From: Octopus vulgaris
Taxonomy: Eukaryota
Reading direction: 5' to 3'
Assembly (NCBI GenBank): GCA_951406725.2
Contig: OX597842.1
Span: 18,476,001 to 18,540,000 of the forward strand
Length of the DNA: 64,000 nt
Positions within the stretch are counted from its first letter, which is position 1. Every line of letters starts with the position of its first letter. Positions 13,301 through 27,058 of this stretch are shown here, piece after piece. The notes below the pieces were generated by a model. It was not told where the DNA came from, did no database searches, and was given only the letters and a program-made list of their open reading frames with translations. Both the position numbers and the translations under genes were made by a program.

Positions 13301-13774
13301 TGGCAATGCTACAGAGGAGCTCTACCTGTTCGGGATAAACTCGCAAGGCACGGTGGCCAAGACAGTCCGATATGTCCAAGATGCGGGCGGGATAGGGAAA
13401 CCGTCCCGCACGCTATTGTTCATTGTCCGGACGTGTCTGAGGTGTGGGTTTATGTCGAACAGCTGTTGTCAGGTACACGAAGAGTACAGCTGTCGACTGA
13501 GTCGATTACAAAAATTGACCCACCGGATTTCCTCGTGAATGAAGGTAAGTTTCGTTTTCTCGTTGTAGTAGCAATTGCGAAAGAGGTGATATGGAAGACG
13601 AGAATGAAAGGTTTACAGTCAGGCAAGTTCATCTCCGGCCCTGGTTTGATGAATTATTTCATCTTTCACCTGAAAAGGAAGATAGGGCTGGAGAGAATAT
13701 GCCTGACTAGGAGAGTGTATGAAGAACGATGGAAGGATGTAGCACGAAAGTTGCGAGTGAAAGATACAACATAA
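10378..13774 (+). CDS. Tx1 ORF2: AP endonuclease + reverse transcriptase + C-terminal zinc-binding domain; single frameshift near 12370
   Basis: APE motifs NVRGL, ETR, YAPN, GDFN, LDRILI, SDH; RT motifs KAPGLDG, RPITLLN, DQSKAFD, QGCPLSP, YADD; CPRC..ETVPH...HC. Confidence 0.93.
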
Positions 13775-14770
13775 ATGTAATACCAAGCGCAACCAAAAGT
13801 ATCAGTGGGGTCCGAGCTAAACCCGCACCCACTCCACCCGTAATGTCTTCCGGTCTGTCCCATCATCCGATTTCTGTCCATTTATTGTAATTCATGAAAA
13901 TTTTTAAATTCGATTTATTGTAAAAACCCATTCGTGTGTCTGACCCCATCATCAGATTGTATTGTCCCATCTATGTTCGCCCCTTGTGGGTAATAATAAA
14001 ACAACATGGAGGAAAGCACCTTCGAAAAGTGTCTTGGTGCGACTATGAAAGGTATCTAATCAGAGGTGGTAAATTCGCCACAATAGAAACAAGGTTCGAG
14101 TCAAATGAGCGTGCAAGGGAGTACTCAACTTGAACCTTGGAAAGTGGAAATATTTTATTTTTACCTTTATATCTGGGATGTAAGACGTCCCGGAAAAAAA
14201 ATTTTAAATGCCCCCCTCCCACCCACCCCCCGAAGTAGAGATAGGCTGGATTGTAGCCACACTTCTATACAAGAGGGAGGACAAGATACAATTGATCGAA
14301 ATTACAATAGACGGGCTTACAATTCCAGTCTGTTATATATTGTGAGTATTGTTATCACTTGCGATATCAAGATATAACTTTGTATTTTGTATTTTATGTG
14401 TAGATGTATATATATAAATGTACATGTAATATGTACACATATATATACACATATATACATGCACTAGCACTATGACCCGGGAACGACGGGTCTTTAATGC
14501 TAGTATATATATAAGCAACTTATTGCAAAAAAACCCTTATTATTATCATCATCATCATCATCATCGGAGAACGGACGTTAAACGATGATGATGATGATGA
14601 TGATAATTATAATAATAAGGGTTTTTTGCAACAAGTTGCTTAAACCACATACTGAAAATATTAGAAATAGCAGTCAAAGGACAACTATTTCTTTTACTAC
14701 AAAAATAAGTCTCCACAAATAACAGTATTTGTAACCCACATATGGCAAAAGAAGAAGAAAAAGAAAAGTA

Positions 14771-15200
14771 GTGGTGCTTTTTATGTGCCACCGGCACAGA
14801 AGCCAGTTGAGGCGGCGCTGGCATCGGCCACGTTCGGATGGGGCTTTTTATGTGCCACCAGCACAGAAGCCAGTCGAGGCGGTGCTGGCATCGGCCACGT
14901 TCGGATGGGGCTTTTTATGTGCCACCGGCACAGAAGCCAGTCGAGGCGGTGCTGGCATCGGCCACGTTCGGATGGGGCTTTTTATGTGCCACCAGCACAG
15001 AAGCCAGTCGAGGCGGTGCTGGCATCGGCCACGTTCGGATGGTGCTTTTTATGTGCCACCGGCACAGAAGCCAGTCGAGGCGGCGCTGGCATTGGCCACG
15101 TTCGGATGGTGCTTTTTATGTGCCACCGGCACAGAAGCCAGTCGAGGCGGTGCTGGCATCGGCCACGTTCGGATGGGGCTTTTTATGTGCCACCAGCACA
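14771..15200 (-). repeat. 67-bp tandem repeat (~6.5 copies) within an RTE 3' UTR remnant
   Basis: GCATCGGCCACGTTCGGATGG recurs at 14821, 14888, 14955...; related units occur in RTE 3' UTR copies at 5560-5665, 6470-6640 and 21150-21350. Confidence 0.85.
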
Positions 15201-15619
15201 GGTATCACAACTACTATTTCCATTGATATTTATTTCGATGTTCATGTACTTGACTCAACAGGTCTCCTCAAGCACAGCGGGATGTTCTGGTATCCAAGGT
15301 CCTTTGAATTGGCAGGGGCTATGCAGGGCTGGTGCAGGAAGCTACACATATATACATATATATATAAATTAACACAATATATCTGATTAATAATATCTGT
15401 TATGATTGTGCGGTGGTGGTGGGCGATAATAATTCACCGTTCTAAGACCTGTGGCGAGAATATTTAAACTTTTGCAGCTGTCAACGCTTTCTCTCTATAG
15501 ATACAGACAGACGTACAGAGAGAGAAGTAGCGGGGAAAAGAGTAACAGAGAGTAACAGGTTTTGTTGAATTTTCTGCTGCTTTAAATAAAGTATATATAT
15601 ATATATATGCTTTATATAC

Positions 15620-16160
15620 TTGGCATCTCCTGGAAGGACCGAGTACCAAACGGAGTCATCCTGGAACAGACTAATATGCCAAGCATGTATGCCCTCCTCG
15701 TGCGGAGACGACTGCGCTGGCTCGGACACGTCTGCCGCATGCAGGACGGTCACATGCCTAAAGACATCCTGTACAGCGAACTCACCACGGGATCCCGACC
15801 CAAGGGACGTCCACAGCTACGATACAGGGACGTGTGCAAGCGCGACCTGAGGACTGCCAACATCTGTGTGGACACGTGGGAGGAAACAGCTGCTGACCGC
15901 TCTGCCTGGCGTCGGACGGTGAGGAAAGGCGTTTCCATGGCTGAGGAGAGGAGAGCACAGCTGTGGTTGGACAGGCGGGACAGGAGGAGGACAACTGCAG
16001 CAACACCCCACACGTACCCATCGATGTTCGTGTGCAGCAACTGTACCAAGGACTGCCACACTAGAATTGGACTGTTCAGTCACAGCAGACGCTGCACATC
16101 ATCAAAGTAGGCCCCACCCTTGGCACAACCCATTGTCTATCAAGACAGACGGGGATAAAG
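15620..16160 (+). mobile_element. 5'-truncated RTE-clade LINE 3' end
   Basis: GISWKDRVPN...RRLRWLGHVCRM...PKDILYSEL..G.RPKGRP.LRYRD and terminal CSNC...[11 protein letters not shown] zinc-finger-like motif; stop at 16110. Confidence 0.9.
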
Positions 16161-16170
16161 ATATATATAT

Positions 16171-16233
<63 letters not shown>

Positions 16234-16674
16234 ATAAGATTAGCTCGTATACGAGTGGGTATATATTTGTAAAAAATGAAGTTTGAAAATGCTGCTATAT
16301 TAGACAAATTTTAATTTTTATATATACATTATTTATTTAATATGTTTCGGTTCTTGAAATGACGAACCTTATCAAAAAAAATTATATATAAAAAAGATAG
16401 TTCATGCTATCAAATATAAAAACCCTTAGCTGTATCGTGTGTGGAAACAGACCAAGCATTTGTGTGCATTTGTGTGTCTGTGTTTGTCTCCCTGGCATTG
16501 CTTGACAACCGATGCTGGTGTGTTTACGTCCCCCGTCACTTAGCGGTTTGGCAAAAGAGACCGATAGAATAAGTACTGGGCTTACAAAGAATAAGTGCCG
16601 GGGTCGAGTTGCTCGACTAAAGGCGGTGCTCCAGCATGGCAGCAGTCAAATGACTGAAACAAGTAAAAGAGTAT

Positions 16675-17504
<830 letters not shown>

Positions 17505-17558
17505 GTTTAAATATTTGTTGTGCAAGATTTTTTATGTGAAGTCGTGTGTTGAAACAGA

Positions 17559-17980
17559 TATTGTTATATTTCGGAATGGTCATATTGCCAGTTTAGCCAA
17601 TAAAAACACACGCACTATATATTTGGTGTTATTTTGCTTCAGTGATATTTATTTTTTACATTAATCTTAATCTTATTTCGGCCAAAGTTCTTTCGTCACA
17701 CTCCTGTGACCGCATCAGTGGTCCTTTGTTTTCTTCTCACTTACTTGTGTCTCTCCTTACTAACCGTTACTGACGGTTAGTAAGGAGAGACACAAGTAAG
17801 TGAGAAGAAAACAAAGGACCAGTGATGCGGTCACAGGAGTGTGACGAAAGAACTTTGGCCGAAATAAGATTAAGATTAATGTAAAAATAAATATCACTGA
17901 AGCAAAATAACACCAAATATATAGTGCGTGTGTTTTTATTGGCTAAACTGGCAATATGACCATTCCGAAATATAACAATA
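17559..17980. repeat. Near-perfect palindrome (~209-bp arms, 5-nt loop), probably Penelope-like terminal repeats, with a hammerhead-like motif in each arm
   Basis: Arms are reverse complements around TACTG (17768-17772); 17680-17724 (-) reads CUGAUGC-G-GUCACA-GGAG-UGUGAC-GAAA. Confidence 0.8.
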
Positions 17981-17988
17981 TATATATA

Positions 17989-18058
<70 letters not shown>

Positions 18059-19273
18059 TGGATGGGTTATTTTCCTTGGAAGCTTAAAATAATTACGATC
18101 GCCGTTCAACCGCGGCCAAAAGTTATTCCTCCCGCCATTTAAACCGAACATTTTTTTTAAAATCCATTTATATTCAAAACCTTCCCAGACACATAATCAA
18201 TGTGCAGGTGAAGTTTAAGAAAAAGCGGTTGACCCGTTTTGGCGCAAAATGAAGACAAGCGGATACACACACACACACAGACACACACATTTTCAGTTTT
18301 AATAAATAAGACTAGCTTAACCCTTTCGTTACTGTATTCATTTTGAGATGCTCTGTGTTTCTTTCAATTAATTGTAAATATAACAAAGAATTTAGTAAAA
18401 TAACTTAGTTATCATTAAGCTAGTGTTAGGATCATAAATTGTGACTAAGGTTTGGTGGAAGATTTTAATAAAAAACTTATGAAAACAAGACATTTGTACT
18501 ACAGAGCCAGAGCCGGTTTTTGGCCGGGTTAGTATCAAAAGGGTAAATATCATGGTGACTTTAACCCCTTTTGTTACCATATTTCTGTCGAGATGTTCTG
18601 TGATTCTTTCAATTAATTCTAAATATAACAAAGAATTTAGTATAATAACTTAGTTATCATTAAGCTAGTGTTAGGATCATAAATTGTGACTAAGGTTTGG
18701 TGGAAGATTTTAATTCAAAACTTATGAAAACAAGACATTTATACTACAGAGCCAGAGCCGGTTTTGGCCGGGTTAGTATCAAAAGGGTTAAGGTGACCCA
18801 CTCTATGAGCAGGTGAAGCGTGGTTGTTTCTTTCTGTTTCTCCCTCTTTGTTTCTCTCTTCTTTCTCTCTCACTCTCTTACTCTTCCTTTTTCCCAGACT
18901 CTCCCTCGCTTTCTCTTACAGTAAAAGAAAATTCTAAGAAAATTTGGGTGGGAGTGAAATACGTAGAAAAATACAGAGATTATGATTCTGAGAAAAAAAA
19001 AAACAAAATTGTGTGGTAAGTAGCTTACTAACCAACTACATGGTTCTGGGTTCAGTCCCACTGCGTGGCACCTTGGCCAAGTGTCTTCTGCTATAGCCCC
19101 GGGCCGACCAAAGCCTTGTGAGTGGATTTGGTAGACGGAAACTGAAAGAAGCCTGTCGTAAATATGTATATATATATATATGTGTATGTGTGTGTGTCTG
19201 TGTGTTTGTGTGTCTGTGTTTGTCCCCCTAGCATTGCTTGACAACCGATGCTGGTGTGTTTATGTCCCCGTCA

Positions 19274-19685
19274 CTTAGCGGTTCAGCAAAAGATACTGAT
19301 AGAATAAGTACTGGGCTTACAAAGAATAAGTCCCGGGGTCGATTTGCTCGACTAAAGGCGGTGCTCCAGCATGGCCGCAGTCAAATGACTGAAACAAGTA
19401 AAGGAGTAAACTTAGCGGTTCGGCAAAAGAGACCGATAGAATAAGTACTGGGCTTACAAAGAATAAGTCCCGGGGTCGATTTGCTCGACTAAAGGCAGTG
19501 CTCCAGCATGGCCGCAGTCAAATGACTGAAACAAGTAAAAGAGTAAACTTAGCGGTTCGGCAAAAGAGACCGATAGAATAAGTACTAGGCTTACAAAGAA
19601 TAAGTCCCGGGGTCGATTTGCTCGACTAAAGGCGGTGCTCCAGCATTGCCGCAGTCAAAATGACTGAAACAAGTAAAAGAGAGTA
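19274..19685 (+). repeat. Three 137-bp tandem copies of the SINE A 3' segment (duplicated at ~23876-24285)
   Basis: CTTAGCGGTTC at 19274, 19411, 19548. Confidence 0.9.
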
Positions 19686-20177
19686 GAGTATTCTCCCTCT
19701 TTGTTTCTCTCTCCTTTCTCTCTCACTTTCTCACTCTCTTACTCTTCCTTTCTCTCAGACTCTCCCTCGCTTTCTATTACAGTAAAAGAAAATTCGAAGA
19801 AAATTTGGGCGGGGGCGAAATACTTAGAAAAATTCAGAGATTATGATTCTGAGAAAAATATTTAACAATTAATAAATAAGCACCCCACCTCGCATCCGCC
19901 CTATGACAAGAAGTGAAATTAAAGTATTATCTTACCTAATCTATATAGATAAAGCTATTTTTTACGATTTTTTTACTGCTGTGTCATCATTTGTTGTTGT
20001 TTTTCTGCAAATTCTGCAGCAACACCCCACACGTACCCATCGATGTTCGTGTGCAGCAACTGTACCAAGGACTGCCACTCTAGAATTGGACTGTTCAGTC
20101 ACAGCAGACGCTGCACATCATCAAAGTAGGCCCCACCCTTGGCACAACCCATTGTCTATCAAGACAGACGGGGATAA

Positions 20178-20249
<72 letters not shown>

Positions 20250-20274
20250 TTATAATATATAGACAGACGGGGAT

Positions 20275-20348
<74 letters not shown>

Positions 20349-20793
20349 ATAAGATTAGCTCGTATACGAGTGGGTATATATTTGTAAAAAATGAAGTTTG
20401 AAAATGCTGCTATATTAGACAAATTTTAATTTTTATATATACATTATTTATTTAACATGTTTCGGTTCTTGAAATGACGAACCTTATCAAAAAAAATTAT
20501 ATATAAAAAAGATAGTTCATGCTATCAAATATAAAAACCCTTAGCTGTATCGTGTGTGGAAACAGACCAAGCATTTGTGTGCATTTGTGTGTCTGTGTTT
20601 GTCTCCCTAGCATTGCTTGACAACCGATGCTGGTGTGTTTACGTCCTCCGTCACTTAGCGGTTTGGCAAAAGAGAACCGATAGAATAAGTACTGGGCTTA
20701 CAAAAAGAATAAGTGCCGGGGGTCGAGTTGCTCGACTAAAGGCGGTGCTCCAGCATGGCAGCAGTCAAATGACTGAAACAAGTAAAAGAGTAT

Positions 20794-20829
<36 letters not shown>

Positions 20830-20844
20830 TTATATATATGTATG

Positions 20845-20962
<118 letters not shown>

Positions 20963-20968
20963 TATATA

Positions 20969-22135
20969 TCATCATCATCATCATCATCATCGTTTAACGT
21001 CCGCTTTCCATGCTAGCATGGGTTGGACGGTTCAACTGGGGTCTGGCAAGCCCGAAGGCTGCACCAGGCCAGTCAGATCTGGCAGTGTTTCTACAGCTGG
21101 ATGCCCTTCCTAACGCCAACCACTCCGAGAGTGTAGTGGGTGATTTTATGTGCCACCGACACAGGTGCCAGACGAGGCTGGCAGACGGCCACGCTCGGAT
21201 GGTGTTTTTTATGTGCCACCGACACAGGTGCCAGACGGGGCTGGCGGACGGCCACGCTCGGATGGTGTTTGTTACGTGCCCTCAGCACGGGGGCCAGTCG
21301 TTGCGGTACTGGCTACGATCACATTCGGATGGTTTTCTTATGTGCCACCGGCACTGGTACCACAAGGATACAAATTCCATTGATGTTCATCTATTTTGAT
21401 TTGGTTCGATTTGATTTGATTTGATTCGATTCGATTCTCACTTGCCTCAGCAGGTCTTCACAAGTGTCACAAGAAGGAAGGTATGCACAGGTGGACTGAC
21501 TACGTCCCGGGTAGGGGCCACGGATTATGGCTTCACTAGTCTTGCCGGGTCTTCTCACACACAGCATACTTCCATAGGTCTCGGTCTCTAGTCATTTCCA
21601 TGGTGAGACCTAACGTCCGAAGGTCGTGCTTCACCACTTCGTCCCAGGTTTTCCTGGGTCTACCTCTTCCACGGGTTCCCTCAACTGCTAGGGATTGGCA
21701 CTTTCTCACACACCTATCTTCATCCATTCTCGCCACATGACCATACCAGCGCAATCGTCTCTCTTGCACACAACAACTGATGCTTCTTAGGTACAACATT
21801 TCTCTCAAGGTACTAACGCTCTGTCGAGTAAGTACACTGACATTACACATCCATCGGAGCATACTGGCTTCGTTCCTCACGAGCTTACGCATGTCCTCAG
21901 CAGTCACGGCCCATGTTTCACTGCCATGTAGCATAGCTGTTCGTACACATGCATCGTACAGTCTGCCTTTTACTCTGAGCGAGAGGCCTTTAGTCACCAG
22001 CAGAGGTAAGAGCTCCCTAAACTTTGCCCAGGCTATTCTTATTCTAGCAGTTACACTTTCAGCGCACCCGCCCCCACTACTGACTTGGTCACCTAGATAG
22101 CGGAAGCTATCAACTACTTCTAGTTTTTCCCCCGG
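20969..22135 (-). mobile_element. 5'-truncated RTE-clade LINE (RT C-terminus + 3' UTR + (GAT)n tail)
   Basis: ORF 21536-22198: LEVVDSFRYLG...RIRIAWAKFREL...KGRLYDACVRTAMLHGSETW...RRLRWYGHVARM...RGRGRPRKTW; absent from duplication copy 1. Confidence 0.92.
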
Positions 22136-22213
22136 AAAGTGACGGAAGTTGTTTTCTGCAGATTTTCGGAGGTCAATGCTCCAGAGCATCTGCCACATAC
22201 AAAAACTATCTTC

Positions 22214-22278
<65 letters not shown>

Positions 22279-22436
22279 GTATTTATTGTTATATTTCGGA
22301 ATGGTCATATTGCCAGTTTAGCCAATAAAAACACACGCACTATATATTTGGTGTTATTTTGCTTCAGTGATATTTATTTTTTACATTAATCTTAATCTTA
22401 TTGCACAACAAATATTTAAACGTATATATATGTATT

Positions 22437-22467
<31 letters not shown>

Positions 22468-22474
22468 GTATATG

Positions 22475-22658
<184 letters not shown>

Positions 22659-25180
22659 GGTGGATGGGTTATTTTCCTTGGAAGCTTAAAATAATTACGA
22701 TCGCCGTTCAACCGCGGCCAAAAGTTATTCCTCCCGCCATTTAAACCGAACATTTTTTTTTTAAAATCCATTTATATTCAAAACCTTCCCAGACACATAA
22801 TCAATGTGCAGGTGAAGTTTAAGAAAAAGCGGTTGACCCGTTTTGGCGCAAAATGAAGACAAGCGGATACACACACACACACAGACACACACATTTTCAG
22901 TTTTAATAAATAAGACTAGCTTAACCCTTTCGTTACTGTATTCATTTTGAGATGCTCTGTGTTTCTTTCAATTAATTGTAAATATAACAAAGAATTTAGT
23001 AAAATAACTTAGTTATCATTAAGCTAGTGTTAGGATCATAAATTGTGACTAAGGTTTGGTGGAAGATTTTAATGAAACACTTATGAAAACAAGACATTTG
23101 TACTACAGAGCCAGAGCCGGTTTTTGGCCGGGTTAGTATCAAAAGGGTAAATATCATGGTGACTTTAACCCCTTTTGTTACCATATTTCTGTCGAGATGT
23201 TCTGTGATTCTTTCAATTAATTCTAAATATAACAAAGAATTTAGTATAATAACTTAGTTATCATTAAGCTAGTGTTAGGATCATAAATTGTGACTAAGGT
23301 TTGGTGGAAGATTTTAATTCAAAACTTATGAAAACAAGACATTTATACTACAGAGCCAGAGCCGGTTTTGGCCGGGTTAGTATCAAAAGGGTTAAGGTGA
23401 CCCACTCTATGAGCAGGTGAAGCGTGGTTGTTTCTTTCTGTTTCTCCCTCTTTGTTTCTCTCTTCTTTCTCTCTCACTCTCTTACTCTTCCTTTTTCCCA
23501 GACTCTCCCTCGCTTTCTCTTACAGTAAAAGAAAATTCTAAGAAATTTTGGGTGGGAGTGAAATACGTAGAAAAATACAGAGATTATGATTCTGAGAAAA
23601 AAAAAAACAAAATTGTGTGGTAAGTAGCTTACTAACCAACTACATGGTTCTGGGTTCAGTCCCACTGCGTGGCACCTTGGCCAAGTGTCTTCTGCTATAG
23701 CCCCGGGCCGACCAAAGCCTTGTGAGTGGATTTGGTAGACGGAAACTGAAAGAAGCCTGTCGTAAATATGTATATATATATATGTGTATGTGTGTGTGTC
23801 TGTGTGTTTGTGTGTCTGTGTTTGTCCCCCTAGCATTGCTTGACAACCGATGCTGGTGTGTTTATGTCCCCGTCACTTAGCGGTTCAGCAAAAGATACTG
23901 ATAGAATAAGTACTGGGCTTACAAAGAATAAGTCCCGGCGTCGATTTGCTCGACTAAAGGCGGTGCTCCAGCATGGCCGCAGTCAAATGACTGAAACAAG
24001 TAAAGGAGTAAACTTAGCGGTTCTGCAAAAGAGACCGATAGAATAAGTACTGGGCTTACAAAGAATAAGTCCCGGGGTTGATTTGTTCGACTAAAGGCAG
24101 TGCTCCAGCATGGCCGCAGTCAAATGACTGAAACAAGTAAAAGAGTAAACTTAGCGGTTCGGCAAAAGAGACCGATAGAATAAGTACTAGGCTTACAAAG
24201 AATAAGTCCCGGGGTCGATTTGCTCGACTAAAGGCGGTGCTCCAGCATTGCCGCAGTCAAAATGACTGAAACAAGTAAAAGAGAGTAGAGTATTCTCCCT
24301 CTTTGTTTCTCTCTCCTTTCTCTCTCACTTTCTCACTCTCTTACTCTTCCTTTCTCTCAGACTCTCCCTCGCTTTCTATTACAGTAAAAGAAAATTCGAA
24401 GAAAATTTGGGCGGGAGCGAAATACTTAGAAAAATTCAGAGATTATGATTCTGAGAAAAATATTAAAAAATTAATAAATAAGCACCCCACCTCCCATCCG
24501 CCCTATGACAAGAAGTGAAATTAAAGTATTATCTTACCTAACCTATATAGATAAAGCTATTTTTTCCGATTTTTTTACTGCTGTGTCATCATTTGTTGTT
24601 GTTTTTTCTGCAAATTCTGCAATTTCAACCAATCAATGACGTCTATTGAGGTGAAAACATTCAGTGCCGTATGAATATGTCCCTCGTTTAAGAAACAGAT
24701 TGGGTCTATTTACATTTGTGAAGAAAAAAAGATACCCTTCCCCCCACCCCTAACCCTAAAACAGATTGAAATGCAATAGATCGATACTAGGGTCATAATT
24801 ATGGGTGACAATTTCAACCAATCAATGACGTCTATTGAGGTGAAAACATTCAGTGCCGTATGAATATGTCCCTCGTTCAAAAAACACATTGGGTTTATTT
24901 ACATTTGTGAAGAAAAAAAGATACCCTTCCCCCACCCCTAACTAACCCTAACCGTAAAACAGATTGAAATGCAATAGATCGATACTAGGGTCATAATTAT
25001 GGGTGACAAATTCATATGACACCGCTAGAAAAAACTGCCGTTCAAACCGAAAAGATCCATTAATTTTTTTTTTTTTTGAAAAATTTAAATTTTACAGAAT
25101 TTTTTTTTTCTTTTTCAGAATCATAATCTCCATATTTTTCAATGCATTTCTCCCCGCCAATTTTTTTTTTTTATCCACGT

Positions 25181-25244
25181 CACTGCCTGGAATCGAACTC
25201 GAAATTTTGGGGTTCGTAGTCCGCGCTCTTAACCACTACGCCAT
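25181..25244 (-). mobile_element. tRNA-like SINE head fragment
   Basis: Minus strand TGGCGTAGTGGTTAAGAGCGCGG...GAGTTCGATTCC; no complete acceptor stem. Confidence 0.55.
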
Positions 25245-26213
25245 ACACCCACGGACATATAGCGTCTTATAATAATAATAATAACAACATCGAAAAATAC
25301 TTTAGGAATGAGAACCCAGGTTCGAAATTTATATATATCAGCCGAAATGTGTTAACAACAGACAAGATGAGGACAAATATCCGTCAAATGTAAATATAAT
25401 AATAATAATGAAATTATTGTATACTGTGCTCAGGTGCCCCCACAACTTGTCAAAAGTGCGTATAAAGCATATATGAATGTAGATGTATATATATGTGTGT
25501 GTATATATAATAATAATAATGAAATTATTGTATACTGTGCTCAGGTGCCCCCACAACTTGTCAGAAAGTGCGTATAAAGCATATATGAATGTAGATGTAT
25601 ATATATGTGTGTGTATATATAATAATAATAATGAAATTATTGTATACTGTGCTCAGGTGCCCCCACAATTTTCAGAAATTTCCAAAAAAGAAAAATAAGT
25701 TCTCAGGGGTTACATGGGGTGTTTGAACTAGAAAACCCCCCAAAACATTACCCATTTGTCGTCTTGTGTAAATTTTCCGAAATTCCTCACCTCCAACCTT
25801 GGAAACTGTTTTCACCACAGATTCCGATATAATCCGAATTTACCCCCATCGAAAGCGTATTTATAGAAAATCCCATTAAAAAAAAGACCCCATTTCCTTG
25901 GAAGTTAGGAGGCAACAAAGTCAGAGGCGGGGACATTGGAGGTATGCCAAATATAATTTTCTTACTTACCAGTTCCTTTCTTTAGTTCATATACTCTAGT
26001 ATTCTAACCTAATGGTCGTTAGATTATAACACGATGAGGTTTTCGCCTGGAGTGAAAGGTTTAAAAGATAAGGCGGAGTATTATATGATTAAAAGTAGGC
26101 GGCGAGCTGACAAGAAACGTAAACACGGCGGAAATAGACGTGGCGGGCTGTCAGAACCGTTGCTCTGCTGCTATGGTAAGTGGGCCAGGGGCATTACTTA
26201 TTGAACTTCCTTC

Positions 26214-26291
<78 letters not shown>

Positions 26292-26426
26292 AGATGTACT
26301 CGCATAGCAAGTAATTTGATCTGAGATCGTGTGCTGAAACGAAAACAATTGCAGCGTGGAAGGTGTTTATAAGCCATTTAAGAAACACACAAAAGCCGTT
26401 CGATTCACTTCAACATTTAAGTTTGA

Positions 26427-26476
26427 TTTGTCAAAATATTTTCGTCGCTAAAATCCGCGACCTGTTCACTGACAAA
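26427..26476 (-). ncRNA. Minimal type I hammerhead-like motif, GUGAACA core (G3-C8 covariation)
   Basis: UUUGUCA-GUGAACA-G-GUCGC(GGAUUUUA)GCGAC-GAAA-AUAU-UU-UGACAAA; 7-bp stem I, 5-bp stem II. Confidence 0.65.
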
Positions 26477-26975
26477 GTCCGTGCTGCATCTAAGAAAGTA
26501 ACAGTTAGTTCGTCATATATATGTACATATGTATGTGTGTATGTATGCATACATGTGTGTATGTATGTACGTATGCATGTACGCACATACGCCTGTGTAT
26601 GCATGTATGTATGTATGTATGTATGTATGTATGTATGTATGTATGTATGTATGTATGTATGTGTGTGTATATGCACGCACATACACTCTATAAAACATAA
26701 AGCTATAAACCTGTAGCGATGGATGGATGTAGAGTGACCACTCATCACAACGCTATCAAATTTCAACTTCCTACGGCCGAAGCTAGAAAGTGAATTTATG
26801 ACACTTGCTCCCAAAACTATACCCTAAAATCTATTATCAGATTTTTATCAGATTTTTATCAGATAGTAAAACATTAGTTCTGCTAGCAAAAACTGTCCGA
26901 CGAACGGGAACGTGAAACTCAGAGTAAATAAAGTATATATATATATAAGAAAAAAGCAACAAGAATGGATCAATA

Positions 26976-27058
26976 TTTCGGTACAATTGTTTCGTACGAA
27001 GACAGCTTTATTAAGGCTGCAAATATTGCAGTAAATATAAGTGACTCATCAGCCGAAA
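26976..27058 (-). ncRNA. Hammerhead-like motif, canonical CUGAUGA core, enlarged domain II
   Basis: UUUCGG-CUGAUGA-GU...AC-GAAA-CAAUUG-UA-CCGAAA; palindromic stem-loop III. Confidence 0.6.

Larger units (their letters stand above)
8901..14000 (+). mobile_element. Near full-length Tx1/L1-clade non-LTR retrotransposon
   Basis: Short 5' UTR, ORF1 with CCHC knuckle, ORF2 APE-RT-zinc finger, ~230-nt 3' UTR ending in an A-rich tail; no TSD recognised. Confidence 0.92.
8727..14503 (+). mobile_element. Non-autonomous Helitron-like element interrupted by the Tx1 insertion
   Basis: 5' part 8727-8900 resembles 48515-48715 (-); 3' hairpin GACCCGGGAACGACGGGTC (14474-14492) followed by CTAG|T. Confidence 0.55.

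Noticed and set aside
14771-15386. ORFs in all three + frames
   Set aside because: Result of a stop-free 67-bp tandem repeat in an RTE 3' UTR
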